Below are positions 48,700 to 62,546 of a stretch of DNA of 64,000 nucleotides, in pieces (the stretch's first letter is position 1; the number at the start of each line of letters is the position of its first letter). Position numbers and translations under genes: made by a program. Source of the stretch: Chiloscyllium plagiosum (taxonomy: Eukaryota); the NCBI RefSeq assembly GCF_004010195.1, contig NC_057718.1:26477688-26541687 (forward strand), read 5' to 3'. The notes under the pieces were generated by a model, which saw only the letters and a list, made by a program, of their open reading frames with translations, was not told the DNA's origin and searched no databases.

Positions 48700-51600
48700 A
48701 TATCCCACAATTAAAGAAGTTGCAGGAGCTGTACACCATGCAGGCCAGGAGGAAGATGTAGGTAGTGAAGCAATATTCCAAACCAGTTTCATTTTAAATA
48801 CTAGAATGCGTGACAACTGAGTGCTGGATGAATCATACCCCAACCATCCAGGTGATGATTTGGCTCTGTACAATAAGAAGTGCAAAAATGCAGTCGGCTG
48901 AGGGGATTCAATAGTCGGGGCATAGATTAATATTTCTGAATGGTATGTGCTGTAGGGTAATCTGCAATATGAAGGGGAACAACCAGAAGTTATGATACAT
49001 ACCTGAACCAATGACATAAGTAAACAAAACTGCAGTGTTAGGAGCTAGGAAAATGATTAAAAAACTAAAAAGCAGGAATTTCGGAATTATTCTCATTGCC
49101 ACTCATTGCTCAATGGCAATGAGTATAACAACAAGAAGATACTGTAGGTGATGGATGGATTTTGAAGAGATTGAGTAGCAGTAGCTAGGGAACTCCTTTA
49201 AACTGGAATAACCTAAATTATTTAAAAAGTTAGGGAATTGCACTGAAGAAAGCTGCTAAATCATTATACCACTAACCATGCAGGAATATTCTGCATCAGT
49301 TGATGAAGCAATTTGCAGAAATGACAAGAATGAGCATCTTTTTCCTACTCACAAAAACAACTGACATGGTTACGCTACCCAAACTGAATGGTATTATTCA
49401 AATTTGTGTTGACATTACAGAGCTCACAAGGCATTGATGCAAAAAAAATCACGGTATGCCTATGGTTGAAGAGTTTAACTAAACTGTATAAAGATCAAAT
49501 TTTCAGAAAATGCAATTGTAAATAATAGACTCTGGTCAGTTCCAGACAAGTTATCAACATTGCTTAGTACCTTTGGGAGATTTTGCTTCAACAGATTGCC
49601 ATTTAGAATCATCCTGGTCCTAAAGGTTTTTCAACCAGCTATGTCCAATATTTTACAAGATCTGCATGGAGTCATATCCCACACAGCTGGAATATTGATA
49701 CATAGGGAAAAGATTGAAGAACATGATCAGAGAGTTTAGGCAGTCCTAAATGCCAAATGCAAGGTATCTATTCGGTTTTGGAACACATGGTCAACAATGA
49801 AAACATTGCAGCATATCCTCAGAAGACTAAAGCAATTATGAAGTTCCCCACTCCAAAGTCAATCCAGGTACTCTAAAGATTTTTAGGCATGACAAGCCAG
49901 TTGGTGAGCGTTTTGCTTCACTTGGCAACCATCATAAACCCTTGGGACAACTTCTTAACAAGTCTCAAGGATGGTAATGGGTCATGGATTATGAGGATAC
50001 GTTTTAGAAGATCCAGAATATGTTGACATCCACAGACATCTGTCCTATCACTAACCCTAGCCTTAACCCTATAATCCACCCCTTCCAACCATTTTAGCAG
50101 CCTTTGCTTGAGCTTAAGAACAGTAATCTTGGATTCTGGATAGTGCCATAAACCATTCCAATACACATCAACGGCATTATCAGACACAGAACCACAATAT
50201 TACAGGGATTGAGGAAGAGGATTCCTCAGTTAGATGGGCTCAGGAGAGATTTTCAGAATACATCCTTGGGATGAAAATGGTCATAGGAATGGCTCATGGA
50301 GCTCTGATTTCTCTGGATGAAAAGAAACTATCTAGAATACTTCCAAGAATACACCGTTTTTAACTTTGTTTTATGAGGTGCATCTATGAATGCGTACGCA
50401 GGCAGGGAACAATGACAGGTGCACTCTCCAGAGCACTGACCCACTGCCTCACCAGGTTTGGAAGATAGTTGTACCAGCAGGGGAGTTGGGAGTTGTGCTT
50501 CAGGATCCAGCAGAAGGCCCAGCACAGCTTACTCCACAGGACCTGCCTGACGGATTGTCATTCCATTCCTGGCAATTACCCAATGTCTCAAACTCTCCAT
50601 AAAGGCCCCCGGACTTTGAGTTAGAATTGGAGATTTAGGAAGGTTCCTATTGACTCGAGATTAATATTTACCCAGGAAAGGTTAGAGAATGAAACATGCT
50701 TTAAACCTATGCCTGGAGTAGATGTCCCTGACATTCCCCAATTCAGTAACCCATCTCTGACCCATGAGAGCAGCCCCCCGCCCCCCCCAACTCCACACTG
50801 ACCCCTGTGATCTGAAACCTATTCCGCTGACCTGACCTCCTTTGCACCCGAACCCCTTTCTCCTTAGATATGAATCCACAACCCTCAAATTCACCCACCA
50901 CAATATAGCTCTTGACCCACCTTAAGCACTAATCCACTTAGCAAATACCCTTGCCTCACTGGCAGGTGAACACATGCTCCCTCACTCAGCTGGAACCTTA
51001 CGTTCTCACTTACTTGCTACCCATCTCATTGATCTTGCATCCCATCACCTTACAACCTGGCACTCTAACTGCTCATCACATCCTTCTACCACCCCAACCA
51101 CATGCCATCCTATCACTCTAACAACTCTACACATGTACTGACACATTTATCATCTATATTATTATCTATAATAGCCTTTAAATGACTGAATATGACACAT
51201 ATCAATGAAAAATTGGCACAGTTTTCACTCTGACCCTCTGATTCCTGGATTTGTATATGCCGCTTCAGATGAGAGGGCTGCTGGTCAGGAAATTTGAATG
51301 GAAAGCTCCACCACAGCTAAGTGTATGTTTTTTGTCCAATCAGGATAGGAAATATGGTTCCAACTCTCATCGGAAGATCTGAGAAATTGAGTTTTACTAA
51401 GTTGAATCATACGCTCAGTCCATGGCAGCACAATTACCAGCAAGCCACAATTAGCTAACCAGATCCACATGAGCTAATGAGGGATGTCTCAATATCCATC
51501 TGTATTGTACTGTAGATTGGCCAGAGCAAAGGCGTATTGGACTGGCCATGAGAACATATTTTGAGCACTGACTTCTCCAGTTGTGGACAATGTGCAACAA

Positions 51601-52160
51601 ATTACTGGTCATTCAAGCTTCACTTCAAGCAGATGTCCTCAGGAAGCTGTAGCAAGGACAATTGTAGATCCCCATGTATGGAGCCAGAGCTTGGCCAGTG
51701 GTGTGGTGGCCTGGGATCTCCAAGACCATTGAAAGTCTCCTCACTAATTATGATATTTGTGCCATCCACAGACCAGAGCAACAAGAGCTACTGATACCAA
51801 CCACATTTGCCACCAGACCATGGGAACAGATAGGCACAGATCTGTTTGCTTTTGATGAAACTCTTACTTCATTGTCATTTATCATTTCTCCCAATGGACG
51901 GAAGTTGTACACAACAACTTCTAATACTGTTATCGAGTTTTACATTACTGATTTGCATTGTACAATGGCCCTGAATTGGTTATTTTGGACAACAGACCAC
52001 AGTTCAATTTGCACTCAGTTTCGGATTTAAAGTTGTCACGAGTTTGCTAAGATGCCCACAATAGAATGGGAATGGTAAGGTTGGGTCAGACAGTGCGGTT
52101 CCTATTGAAGAAGAATTCCAGTTTCTACATGGCACTGCTGTTTTTCAGATCCACCCCTTT
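48700..52160 (+). mobile_element. Highly decayed Gypsy/Ty3 LTR retrotransposon pol (RT, RNase H, integrase) with internal insertions
   Basis: FGRFCFNRLPF (~49570), RFLGM (~49880) and integrase WWPGISKTIE...C..H and RPWEQIGTDLF (51690-51860). Confidence 0.75.
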
Positions 52161-53171
52161 CCTATCTATCAAATTTTAGATTTAGGTTTAGATTCAGATT
52201 TTATTGTCATGTGTACTTGAGTACAGGAGTAAAATAAAAAGTGTGCAAAGTAGTCATTCTTTGGCACCATTGAAGTGTACAGAAGACAGGATTACAAACA
52301 GAAGCGGAAATTATAAAAAGCAGACAAGAGAAAAGGAACTGCCCCAGACCACTCCCCTGCCTCCACTACGAGTTCTCACTGCCAGAGAAACAAAGTCCAT
52401 TCTTAAGTCTGTGAATACTCAGGTGCCCCAAGTCCACGCACAGTGCCACACCTGGAACACCACCACCTCCTCCATCAGGTACCTGGGCCCAGCCAGTAGG
52501 GCCATGCCATGCCACTGCCACTGGGACCATGTCGCCATTCTCAGCGCCTTCTTGCCTCCACCGGTATCTCAAGCCACTGAAAACGAGAAAAGTAGATACA
52601 ACAAAAGTAAAAGAAAGAGAGATAAAAAAGAAAGGCAGACTGAAGCGACTAACCCCAGGCTCAAGGCCCAGGCACGAATCCTGCCACTCCGCTGCCGCCA
52701 AGTTATTAACATAGGTGTCCCCTGTGGCCATGCACACTCTGTTTACTCAGAGTTACTGATGAGCAGGAATCCAAAGACTCAGCTCCCAATCCTATATGAG
52801 CACAATGGTGGTGCTTAAGGCATTCACTATTAGTCCTTGCAAACCCACAGAGATTTGAGAGAGAAAACAGGACATAGTATTCACCCTGATCATTGGCCAA
52901 TAATTAGTGATCATGGATTCAAAATCAGTTGCTAAAAACTTGGAGGAGACTTTTGGATTGTTGTCACAATAGAATAGTCAGTCTGGAAAAATAGCAGAAA
53001 CCAATTCCATTGTTAAGTGTAAAAGCGAGTTGGGCACATAATTGAGGATGCGGATCTTAGAAAGTTACAGACAAAGCAGGAGTGTGAGACCTCTTACAAA
53101 GTGTCAACACACACAGAGCTGAAAAAGTGTTGCTGGAAAAGCGCAGCAGGTCAGGCAGCATCCAGGGAACA

Positions 53172-53215
53172 GGAGAATCGACGTTTCGGGCAGAAGCCCT
53201 TCTTCAGGAATGAGG
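53172..53215 (-). ncRNA. Putative minimal hammerhead ribozyme (antisense to ALK)
   Basis: The reverse complement reads CTGAAGA-A-GGGC(TTCT)GCCC-GAAA-CGTC. Confidence 0.6.
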
Positions 53216-53220
53216 AAAGT

Positions 53221-53885
53221 NNNNNNNNNNNNNNNNNNNNNNNNNNNNNNNNNNNNNNNNNNNNNNNNNNNNNNNNNNNNNNNNNNNNNNNNNNNNNNNN
53301 NNNNNNNNNNNNNNNNNNNNNNNNNNNNNNNNNNNNNNNNNNNNNNNNNNNNNNNNNNNNNNNNNNNNNNNNNNNNNNNNNNNNNNNNNNNNNNNNNNNN
53401 NNNNNNNNNNNNNNNNNNNNNNNNNNNNNNNNNNNNNNNNNNNNNNNNNNNNNNNNNNNNNNNNNNNNNNNNNNNNNNNNNNNNNNNNNNNNNNNNNNNN
53501 NNNNNNNNNNNNNNNNNNNNNNNNNNNNNNNNNNNNNNNNNNNNNNNNNNNNNNNNNNNNNNNNNNNNNNNNNNNNNNNNNNNNNNNNNNNNNNNNNNNN
53601 NNNNNNNNNNNNNNNNNNNNNNNNNNNNNNNNNNNNNNNNNNNNNNNNNNNNNNNNNNNNNNNNNNNNNNNNNNNNNNNNNNNNNNNNNNNNNNNNNNNN
53701 NNNNNNNNNNNNNNNNNNNNNNNNNNNNNNNNNNNNNNNNNNNNNNNNNNNNNNNNNNNNNNNNNNNNNNNNNNNNNNNNNNNNNNNNNNNNNNNNNNNN
53801 NNNNNNNNNNNNNNNNNNNNNNNNNNNNNNNNNNNNNNNNNNNNNNNNNNNNNNNNNNNNNNNNNNNNNNNNNNNNNNNNNNNNN
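53221..53885. other. Assembly gap (665 N)
   Basis: Run of N. Confidence 1.
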
Positions 53886-54055
53886 AACTCAGCACCGCCT
53901 TCCTAACCTGCAATCTTCTTCCTGACCTCTCCGCCCCCACCCCAGTCTGACCTATCACCCTCACCTTGACCTCTTTCCACCTATCACATTTCCGACGCCC
54001 CTCCCCCAAGTCCCTCCTCCCTACCTTTTATCTTAGCCTGCTGGACAAACTTTCC

Positions 54056-54096
54056 TCATTCCTGAAGAAGGGCTTCTGCCCGAAACGTCGATTCTC
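54056..54096 (+). ncRNA. Putative minimal hammerhead ribozyme (sense to ALK)
   Basis: CTGAAGA at 54062-54068, stem II GGGC/GCCC, GAAA at 54082-54085, then CGTC. Confidence 0.6.
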
Positions 54097-54979
54097 CTGT
54101 TCCCTGGATGCTGCCTGACCTGCTGCGCATTTCCAGCAATACATTTTCAGCTCTGATCTCCAGCATCTGCAGACCTCACTTTCTTATCAACACATACATG
54201 TTGGGTCAAATGGCCTCCTCCTAAACTACAGGGATTCTGTGACTTTTTGAAGAAATTTCTTCCTGGATTATTTCTCTGAAATAATAAATCAAATGAAGTA
54301 CTTTAGTTCCATGAGTTACCATGACTTCCCTATTAGTTTGAGCTTATTGATCTTACCAAATGCAAAAATAAATTATTCAATAAGCTGTCTGCAGAAATTG
54401 AAGATGCAACATTTAATTTTGAAGTTTATCAATTAATGAATAAGTATTGTTTGAAATTAATTCACAGTTCAAGTCTACCTAAGTAAGTAACTGATTTATA
54501 GTTATAAACTTACATTTCAAATGATATGACTCAGGTTTATGAAGGGAAGTGACAAAAAATAACCCTGAGAAATGCTCATTGTAATGAATTGCCCTGAGGT
54601 AAGTGCTATGATGAAAGCTGTGAATTTTATTCTCTCTTCCTTTACTGCTGATATTGTGACACATTTATGCCATCACTGCCATTTGAAGATGGCATGCCAA
54701 GTCTGATTGTGCCTGACCTGCAGGAATATTGATTTTGTAATGAGAAGAATATGGATTTTGTAATGTAAATCCTGAAGATATCTTAATTTGATGAAATTTG
54801 TAGGTGTATTGAGTTCATGATGCAAATCCTTAAGTTATATTGGGGCAGATTTTGAGTCTATGCAAATATGTTGAACAATGATAGCAAGTCCACATTCCAA
54901 TTTATCCAACTTCAGAATAACTATAATCTAACTGGCTTCTGTCCTTTGTATTTTAGCTTCAACTCGCTTTCTTTTAATG

Positions 54980-55330
54980 TATAGTATTCCTACAGTTAGG
55001 AAGCAGGCCATTTGGCCCATCGAATCCACACTGAGCCTCTGAAGAGGATCCCACCCAGACCCACACCCCCATATCCTATCCCGGTAATCCTCTATTTCCC
55101 ATGGCCAACCCACCTAGGCTGCACATCCCTGGACTCTATGAGCAATTTAGCATGGCCAATCACCCAACCTGCACATTGTTGGACTGTGGGAGGAAACCGG
55201 AGCACCCGGAAAAAATCCACGCAGACACGGGAAGAATGTGCAAACTCCACACAGACAGTTGCCTGAGAGTGGGATTGAACCTGGACCCTGGTGCTGTGAG
55301 ACAGCAGTGCTAACCACTGAGCTACCACTA
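54980..55330 (-). mobile_element. HE1-type V-SINE
   Basis: The reverse complement has the tRNA head, V-domain core and tail. Confidence 0.88.
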
Positions 55331-55671
55331 TTTCTTAATAAGCTTGATCTGTTATAAGCCTGAAGAAAATGATGAAATTTTCTGTTCTCACTGGTGTTGA
55401 ACTTGGGTAGCAAGACGGGCATTTAATTAGGCATGGTAATGGCGTACCTAAAACCCACCTCCACCAGAATTAAGTAGTGGGCAGCAAGAGCCATGAATAA
55501 CCTGCCCACCGCACTAACAATTGACATCATTAGTGGCCAGAGCTCTGTGCCACAGCTTGGACTAACCCAGTGATGGGTAGGTCTGTTACCACATGGCATG
55601 CCTGGCAGTTAATTCTATGAGGAGCTAGTCATGTCCAGATAGGAGGTTTGGAGGATTTCCTTTGATCAAGA

Positions 55672-56777
55672 ACCAAAATCATGTCTCACAAACTTGATTA
55701 GGTTTTTTGAAGAAGTAACAAAGAGCGGTAGACATGATCTGTCTGGACTTCAGTAAGGCATTCAACAAGGTTCCCCATGGGAGACTAGTTAGCAAGGTTA
55801 GATCTCATGGAATACAGGGAGAACTAGCCATTTGGATATAGAACTGGCTCGAAGGTAGAAGACAGAGGATGGTGGAGGAGGGCTGTTTTTCAGACTGGAG
55901 GCCTGTGACCAGTGGAGTGCCACAAGGATCAGTGCTAGGTTCACTACTTTTTGTCATTTATATAAATGATTTGGATGTAAGCATAAGAGGTACAGTTAGT
56001 AAGTTTGCAGATTACACCAAAATTGAAGATATAGTGGACAGCAAAGAAGGCTACCTCAGATTACAACGGGATCTTGATCAGGTGGGTCACTGGGCTGAGG
56101 TGTGGCAGATGGACTTTAATTTAGATAAACATGAGGTGCTGCATTTTGGGAAAGCAAATCTTGGTCAGAGGATTTAGTAGAGGAGTTGGGAGGTCATGTT
56201 GCAGATGTACAAGACATTGGTTCAGCCACATTTGGAATATTGCGTGCAATTCTGGTCTCCTTCCTATCGGAAGGATGTTGTGAAACTTGAAAAGGTTCGG
56301 AAAAGATTTACAAGGATGTTGCCAGGGTTGGAGGATTTGAGCTATAGGGAGAGGTTGAATAGGCTGGGGTTGTTTTCCCTGGAGCATCGGAGGCTGAGGG
56401 GTGACCTTATAGAGATTGTATAAAATCATGAGGGGCATGGATAGGATAATAGATAAAGTCTTTTCCCTGGGGTGGGGGAGTCCAGAACTAGACGACTTAG
56501 GTTTAGGGTGAGAGGGAAAAGATATAAAATAGACCTAAGGAGCAACTTTTTCATGAGAGGATGGTACGTGTATGGAATGAGGAAGTGGTGGAGGCTGGTA
56601 AAATTGCAATATTTAAAAGGCATCTGGATGGGTATATGAATAGGAAGGGTTTGGAGGGATATGGGCCAGGTGCTGGCAGGTGGGACTCAATTAGGTTGGG
56701 ATATCAGGTCAGCATGGACAGGTTGGACCAACTGATCTGTTTTTGTGCTGTACATCTCTATGACTTTATGACTCTAA
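55672..56777 (+). mobile_element. CR1 LINE 3' portion with an internal deletion near 56170
   Basis: [27 protein letters not shown] and RGDLIE motifs with a tail at 56755-56777. Confidence 0.92.
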
Positions 56778-58587
56778 GTACCTTTGATCAAGGGACTCGA
56801 CATCAGGAAGAATAATGCCCACTGATGAAGATCACCTTGCTCTTGCTACTGACCACCATGCCCCATTCTGCCCATGACCCACCCACACACACATTATGTA
56901 CCTGTAGCGCAAAAATAGCTACCATCTATTAGTTTCTCCATCATGTGCTTATCTAGTTTCCCCTTAAGTGCATCTGGACCCCTCACCTAATGACTGCTTG
57001 TGGCAGCAAGTTTCACATTTTTTGCACTCTTTAGGTAAAGATGTTCCTTCTCCGTTCTTAATTGGATTTCTTGGTGACTGCCTTGTATTGGCAGTTTTTA
57101 CTTATGCTCTTCCACTTAAGTGGAAAGATTATCTTTGTATCCATTTCACTTGAGCCATACTGGCATCCACGTTGACTAAAACTGGGCCTGTTGGTATGCT
57201 CCAGATTAAGGAAGTAGTCAGACAAATCTTCTCGGAGCGAAAAGAGCAAGCCTACAGGCGACACTTCCAGTCGAGCAAGTGGATAAAGGGAGGGCAAGGC
57301 CCAGGACTTTCACTCCTATCCTGCTCGCTAATCGGTATTTAATTTTGGAAACTGGTGAGGGAAATTGTTCCTCAAGAGAGTGCTACTGAGCCAACTAAAT
57401 AACACCACAGGTATCTGACATAAATGGGGGAATGGAGCAGTAGAAGGGCAATAATAATGAGATTCTGTAGAGAGAGGGTCAGACAGGCATTGCTGCTAAA
57501 TGAAGGTAACTCCAGGTTGATATGTTGCCTCCCAGGACCCAGGGAGTCAAGGATGTCGCAGAGCAGCTATTTTTCTAAAAATAGGTTAGAGGTTCACCTG
57601 GGCACACCTCCACCTAGGTTACTTCATACATTTAATCACATCTCTGTTCACTAGAACTATGGCCTTACTGTTAATGCTGTTCTTTACACTGGGCAAAAGA
57701 AAGAGAATTTGGGAAATAGCCCAATCGAAACAATTGATGATAACTTAAGTGAGATCAAATTTCACCTGAAGACCAAATAATCTATTCAACTTGTAAGTCT
57801 AAATGAATTATTAAAAGCAAGCTGTGATATTATCTCATGAGTACTTGGTAAGAGTTCGAATTGATAATAAACTGAAAACAGAAAGTCTTTGAAATTCATA
57901 GCAGGCCTTGAATATGAGCTATTTTTGACTTGATGCAGAACTCTGTTTCTGTTTCCATAATGCTACCAAATATGCTGAAGATTTCCAGCACTTTCAGCTT
58001 TTATTTCAAATTTCCATCATCTGCAGTTTCTCACTAATAAGAGCTAACACATCAAGTTGCAGGAGCAGACAATAAGGAAGGCTGCAGAGAATCATCACAA
58101 GCTCAAGGAAGAAAGAGAACACTACAAATACAAAGAGAAGAAACAGGGGCATCAGTGCTAGCACCTGGAAATGCTTTATAAATTCCCAATAGAGGGAACA
58201 TGAAAGCCAGCACTGACACGCTATTGAAATGATGGAAAACAGCCCGTCAACTGCAAATCCAACTGGTCATTTCTGAGTTTCATCTGCACTGGGAATTAAG
58301 AAGCAGATGCAGAATAGTTGGCCCATGCCAATCAATTTGCAGGCAATTTCTTGAGCCAACTAATTAGCCTACTTACTGTGAGCTTTGGCTGATATCCCCA
58401 AAACATCTCAGAAGGATGATGCAAAGGGAGTAGAATATTGTAGGTGTGGTAATTGTGGATTGAAAGGTGCTGCCACCATTTCTTTTGCATTGATTTTGTC
58501 TAAGGGTCTCCTTGTTTACAACAGTAGAAGAACAACCACTATTGAGTCTGAACAAGAAGAGACCCTTTACAAGATGTAAAGTCAAGA

Positions 58588-58860
58588 TGCATGGTGGCTC
58601 AGTGGTTAGCACGGCTGCCTCACGGCACCAGGGCCCCAGGTTTGACTCCAGCCTCGGGCAACTGTCCTTGTGTCCACACGGGTTTCTTCCTACAGTCCAA
58701 AGATGTGCAGGTCAGGTGAATTGGCCATGCTAAATTGCCAATAGTGTTAGGTGCATTAGTCAGAGGGAAATGGGTTTGGGTGGGATGCTCTTCAGAGGGT
58801 CGGTGTGGACTTGTTGGGCTGAAGGGCCTGTTTCCATACTGTAGGGAATCTAGTCTAAAT
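58588..58860 (+). mobile_element. HE1-type V-SINE (internally deleted)
   Basis: Head GGTGGCTCAGTGGTTAGC, core and tail as at 36645. Confidence 0.88.
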
Positions 58861-59608
58861 TGTCGTATGATAGGAATAAAGTACAAATGCTCTTGTAAGA
58901 TAAACAGTATTTTTAAGACTGGGTTATAGGTCTTCATTTCACAACATCCTAAGTAGTCATTGAAATCATCAGATTACATGAAGCTTAACACACTCTCCAA
59001 CGTTAACCCTTTCAGAATTATTATCTTTGACAACAAAAGGTGTGTCGCAAACCATCAAATTTCTGATTTGAAAAACATCAACCATGGAAGGTATGAGGTA
59101 TGACACCATGTTGTGTGTGTCGTTCTTGGGATGGATTTCAAGTTGTCAGAGAGGATAAGAATGGGCATGGGCTGTTGTTTAAAGCCACCAATAGGAATTG
59201 AGCTTGCTCAGAGTTTAAGTGGCTTTGGTAGGTGCAATAACAGTCCACTCTGTATTATTGGCCGATTAAACATGGCAAAGAGTTTGTTGTTACCTTGTTA
59301 AGGATGAGACATTGACAACCTGTTTTCAAGGGAGTTGGTTCAAAATATAGTCAGAACCACAAGTGAGAAGAAAAGGTTGCAGCACAGTGGGGGTGGGTAG
59401 TGATTGAAAATAGTGAGAGACAGAGACAAGAAGAGCATTGAAGGAGGAAGGCTGAGAGATGGAAGCTGTTGTGCTCTTCTATGAGAAGAAATGATCTTAA
59501 TATCTTTCTGCTGTTAACGGCTTTTTTGTGGGGGCAAGGTGGAGTTGGAATTGATTGGAAGTGAGAAGTGGGGTGTGATAGAGGCAATCTCCAAGATCCA
59601 GTGCCAAT

Positions 59609-60339
59609 CGTTATGACACGGGGTAAACCCTCCTGCTTAATTTAAACCAGCAACACAGAAAAAATTTATCCCATATAGCAATCTGTGAAAATTTGAGAGG
59701 TCAAGAACTATTTAAAGTAAAAATTAACAACAACTTTATTTCTTAAAGTATAACAGAGAATAATTAACTAACAACTATTTACAACTCCTTCCTCTAACCT
59801 ATCTTTTACCTTCCCTTCTGTAATACTAGTCTGATGAGCCCCCCCCCCCCAATTTGGATTTACCAAAAATTCAAGTTTCAAAACCAGCCAACTGTCAGAT
59901 CTTCTATTTGGATCTTCCTGTGTCTTCTTTTCTTCTTCTTAGGGATTATGCTTCACCGGTCACGGATCGATAAAGATACCTTTAAGAGGTCTATTTTTTG
60001 GGCAGTGTCTACATGCTGGTAGCTTGCAGTTCCCCTCCCAACTGTTCAATTTTCCCCAGTCTTATACCCCCAAAATACCAGATTGTTTCATTGGCTTTTA
60101 AGATTGTCAATATACTAAATTCAAACTTGATTGGAGTTTGTTTTTTTTGGGGGCGTATAATTTAAACCGATTGGCCTAATTCAAATCTGTTTTTGTCTCC
60201 AGGCAACCAGCTACCCTAGATACCCCAGTACCTGGACCACATCTTACATTGTATCTTATTGAGAATACTTGGTGCTGTCAGGTAGTTCTGCTAGCTTTTA
60301 ACTCTCTTAAAGGTACAATACACCCACATCTTTAGAACA
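59609..60339. mobile_element. Probable solo LTR (~730 bp)
   Basis: Degenerate inverted termini (CGTTATG...AGAACA, compare TGTTATG...CATAACA) with near-matching 4-bp flanks CAAT/CAGT. Confidence 0.45.
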
Positions 60340-62512
60340 CAGTGAAGGAAGGGCATAACTGGAAATGTTATCAAGCTTTTGGTCCAAAAGGCCAGAATAG
60401 AGGCAACCATGGCAAAGGAGTGAGAACAGGGGTAGGGGGGAGCGGGGAATGGCTGCACAGTTTGCATCTGACACAAGCTTCACAAGCTGCACTCCACCAT
60501 TCTGCCAACCCTCACTTCCAATCCTTCAGAGATTCACCAAAAGAGAAAGACAGAGAAAGCCTCAATGCAAGAACTTTCCCAGTGCTATGTAGCTTATTAT
60601 TTAACTATTAGTTACATCCAAAACAGCTAAGTGACTCACATTACTGATGCACTGGCCTTTGCTCACAGCCACTCTTACAAGGTTTACCCCTTGTGGAAGA
60701 GGATGAGTTGGAGGCACACTGCTAACTAGAAACTCTTGGAACAGCGTGCCCATGCCAGCCTTGGCATGGAGGTGCAAAGGGTTTGGGGGCATCTCCAAAG
60801 GTTAAGGCGCTGATAGTGCTGGGGGGCAGCTTCTGTCCCAGATTTGATTCCACAGATGTATCACCATCCTCCAGTGCAGCCAATGTGGGAGGGATGGTGA
60901 CAAGGGAATTCCACCGTGAGGGTTAGCCCCCACTACCTTGTCACCTTCTGATGCCCTCTCAGCTCATTTGTGATTCTTGATTTTTGGAGGGGGATGAGGG
61001 ACAGTTGGCATCAACTCTAGACTTCATTATATCATTTGTACTATTCACTGGTTCTGCCTGCCGTGCATCCTTTGCATTTCAGTGTGCTGTGCCTGCATTC
61101 ATTGCTAGTCATGGTTGTTCAAGCGATTGACTGCTCACTCAATGGCGGAGCCCCTGCTCTCAAAGCCCTGAGAAATAGTGGAGCACATGAGTTAAATGGA
61201 CTCCTTCTTTCTCAATCTGAAACTGCGTAGCTTTGAGTGATTCTGACATGTGGCATAAATCTTACACTGTCTGTCCTGATGGAGGTGCCTGTTTCATGAC
61301 TCACAAGGCTTTGTGCTGAACAGAACTGCACCTCTCCGTCTTTGGATCGGGGCTAACCAAAGCTAACACAGCCTTCCCTGAATCCTCCAGCTTTGAAATG
61401 TAGTGTGCTTCCCCCTTTGCCACCATCTCTAACACTGGGCAAAGACCCATCGAAGTGTGAGTGTCCATAGTGGTGATGGGTGTGCCAGTGAGATGCCAAT
61501 TCTTTCAATTCTTGGCCACTTGTAATCTGAGCTTTACCTCCCGTCCCTTGGCAATTGACCTGTGGAGGACAAAAGAACAAATGATGATCAAAGATTGGAA
61601 CAGCAAACAGATAATTCTGCTGTTAATGAGATGGCAGCTTGTGGATTGATAACTCATTGAATAGGGAGTATTGTCATGTCTCCCTAAAACCTGAGATGCT
61701 GTGATGCTTCCATTCTGACTACTTTGACTTCTTTTCCCCATCTCCAGCATTCCTAACGCTTGACACTGGCCATATCAAGAGCCCTGTTAGTTTGCAATGC
61801 CCCATTCCATCTCTCGCTCCTGTTCATTCAACCTGAAGGTATCATTTTTAAATACGATGTTCATTCAGCTTCACTTGCCAGTAACTATCCTTTAAATCAA
61901 GGATAGTAAAGATTTGCTCAGCAAGACTTCTCCAGTGACTGGCATGGGGTAATGAGATCGCTTCAAAGTTCTGTTGAGTTCCTGTGGATTTATGCTGTCA
62001 TGCCTCCCTGGGGTAACATGCTGGAAATCAAGCCCCATTATCCCTGGAGCCAACACAAAATTTAAATGTTTTATCAAAGTCCCCTATTTTACTTATATGA
62101 TAGACTCAGGTTAACAAAAAAAAAGTATAACAAGAATTAATATTTATTAGAAATAAGTAAATTCTAATCACAAGTGAACAGCTATGAATGATCAGGTGGT
62201 TAAAACTCTAACCCTCTTCTAAAATCCTATACACATATACAGGGAAATGCAAAACCATTGGCTTTAAAGGCGGAGGGAATAAAACTGGAGAACCACAGTT
62301 CAGTAGCACCAATCCACAGGGTTAGTTGAAATGATCCTTTTGCTTGCCAGGCTTTCTGTTCTTTAACCTCTTTTGTTGTTTGTTTTTCACTTCTTTGTAG
62401 AAGGTACTGGTGATTAGTGCACTAATTGCAAAATCTCTTCGTTACTGGTTATAGGCCACATCTTACAGCAACTAGGGGATAGGTTTTCTTCAGACTTAAG
62501 ATATTTGTACTG

Positions 62513-62546
62513 GAGAGAGAGGGAGGGAGAGAGAGAGAGAGAGAGA
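62513..62546. repeat. (GA)n microsatellite, within a possible second solo LTR (~62095-62870)
   Basis: The microsatellite is visible directly. The LTR call is tentative. Confidence 0.8.

Larger units (their letters stand above)
53115..54185. mobile_element. Young Penelope insertion with inverted terminal copies flanking an assembly gap
   Basis: 53115-53220 is the reverse complement of 54048-54155. Both carry intact hammerhead motifs. TCAACACA is present on both flanks. Confidence 0.88.

Noticed and set aside
52204..52900. 204-aa and 123-aa ORFs as a novel gene
   Set aside because: No recognisable domain or splice context. It starts with a LINE-like reverse tail (GATTCAGATTTTATTGTCATGTGTAC) and is probably a non-autonomous repeat.
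53101..54009. Long ORFs of 246-301 aa
   Set aside because: Artefacts of translating through the N gap. The same applies to the ORFs at 9895-10438.
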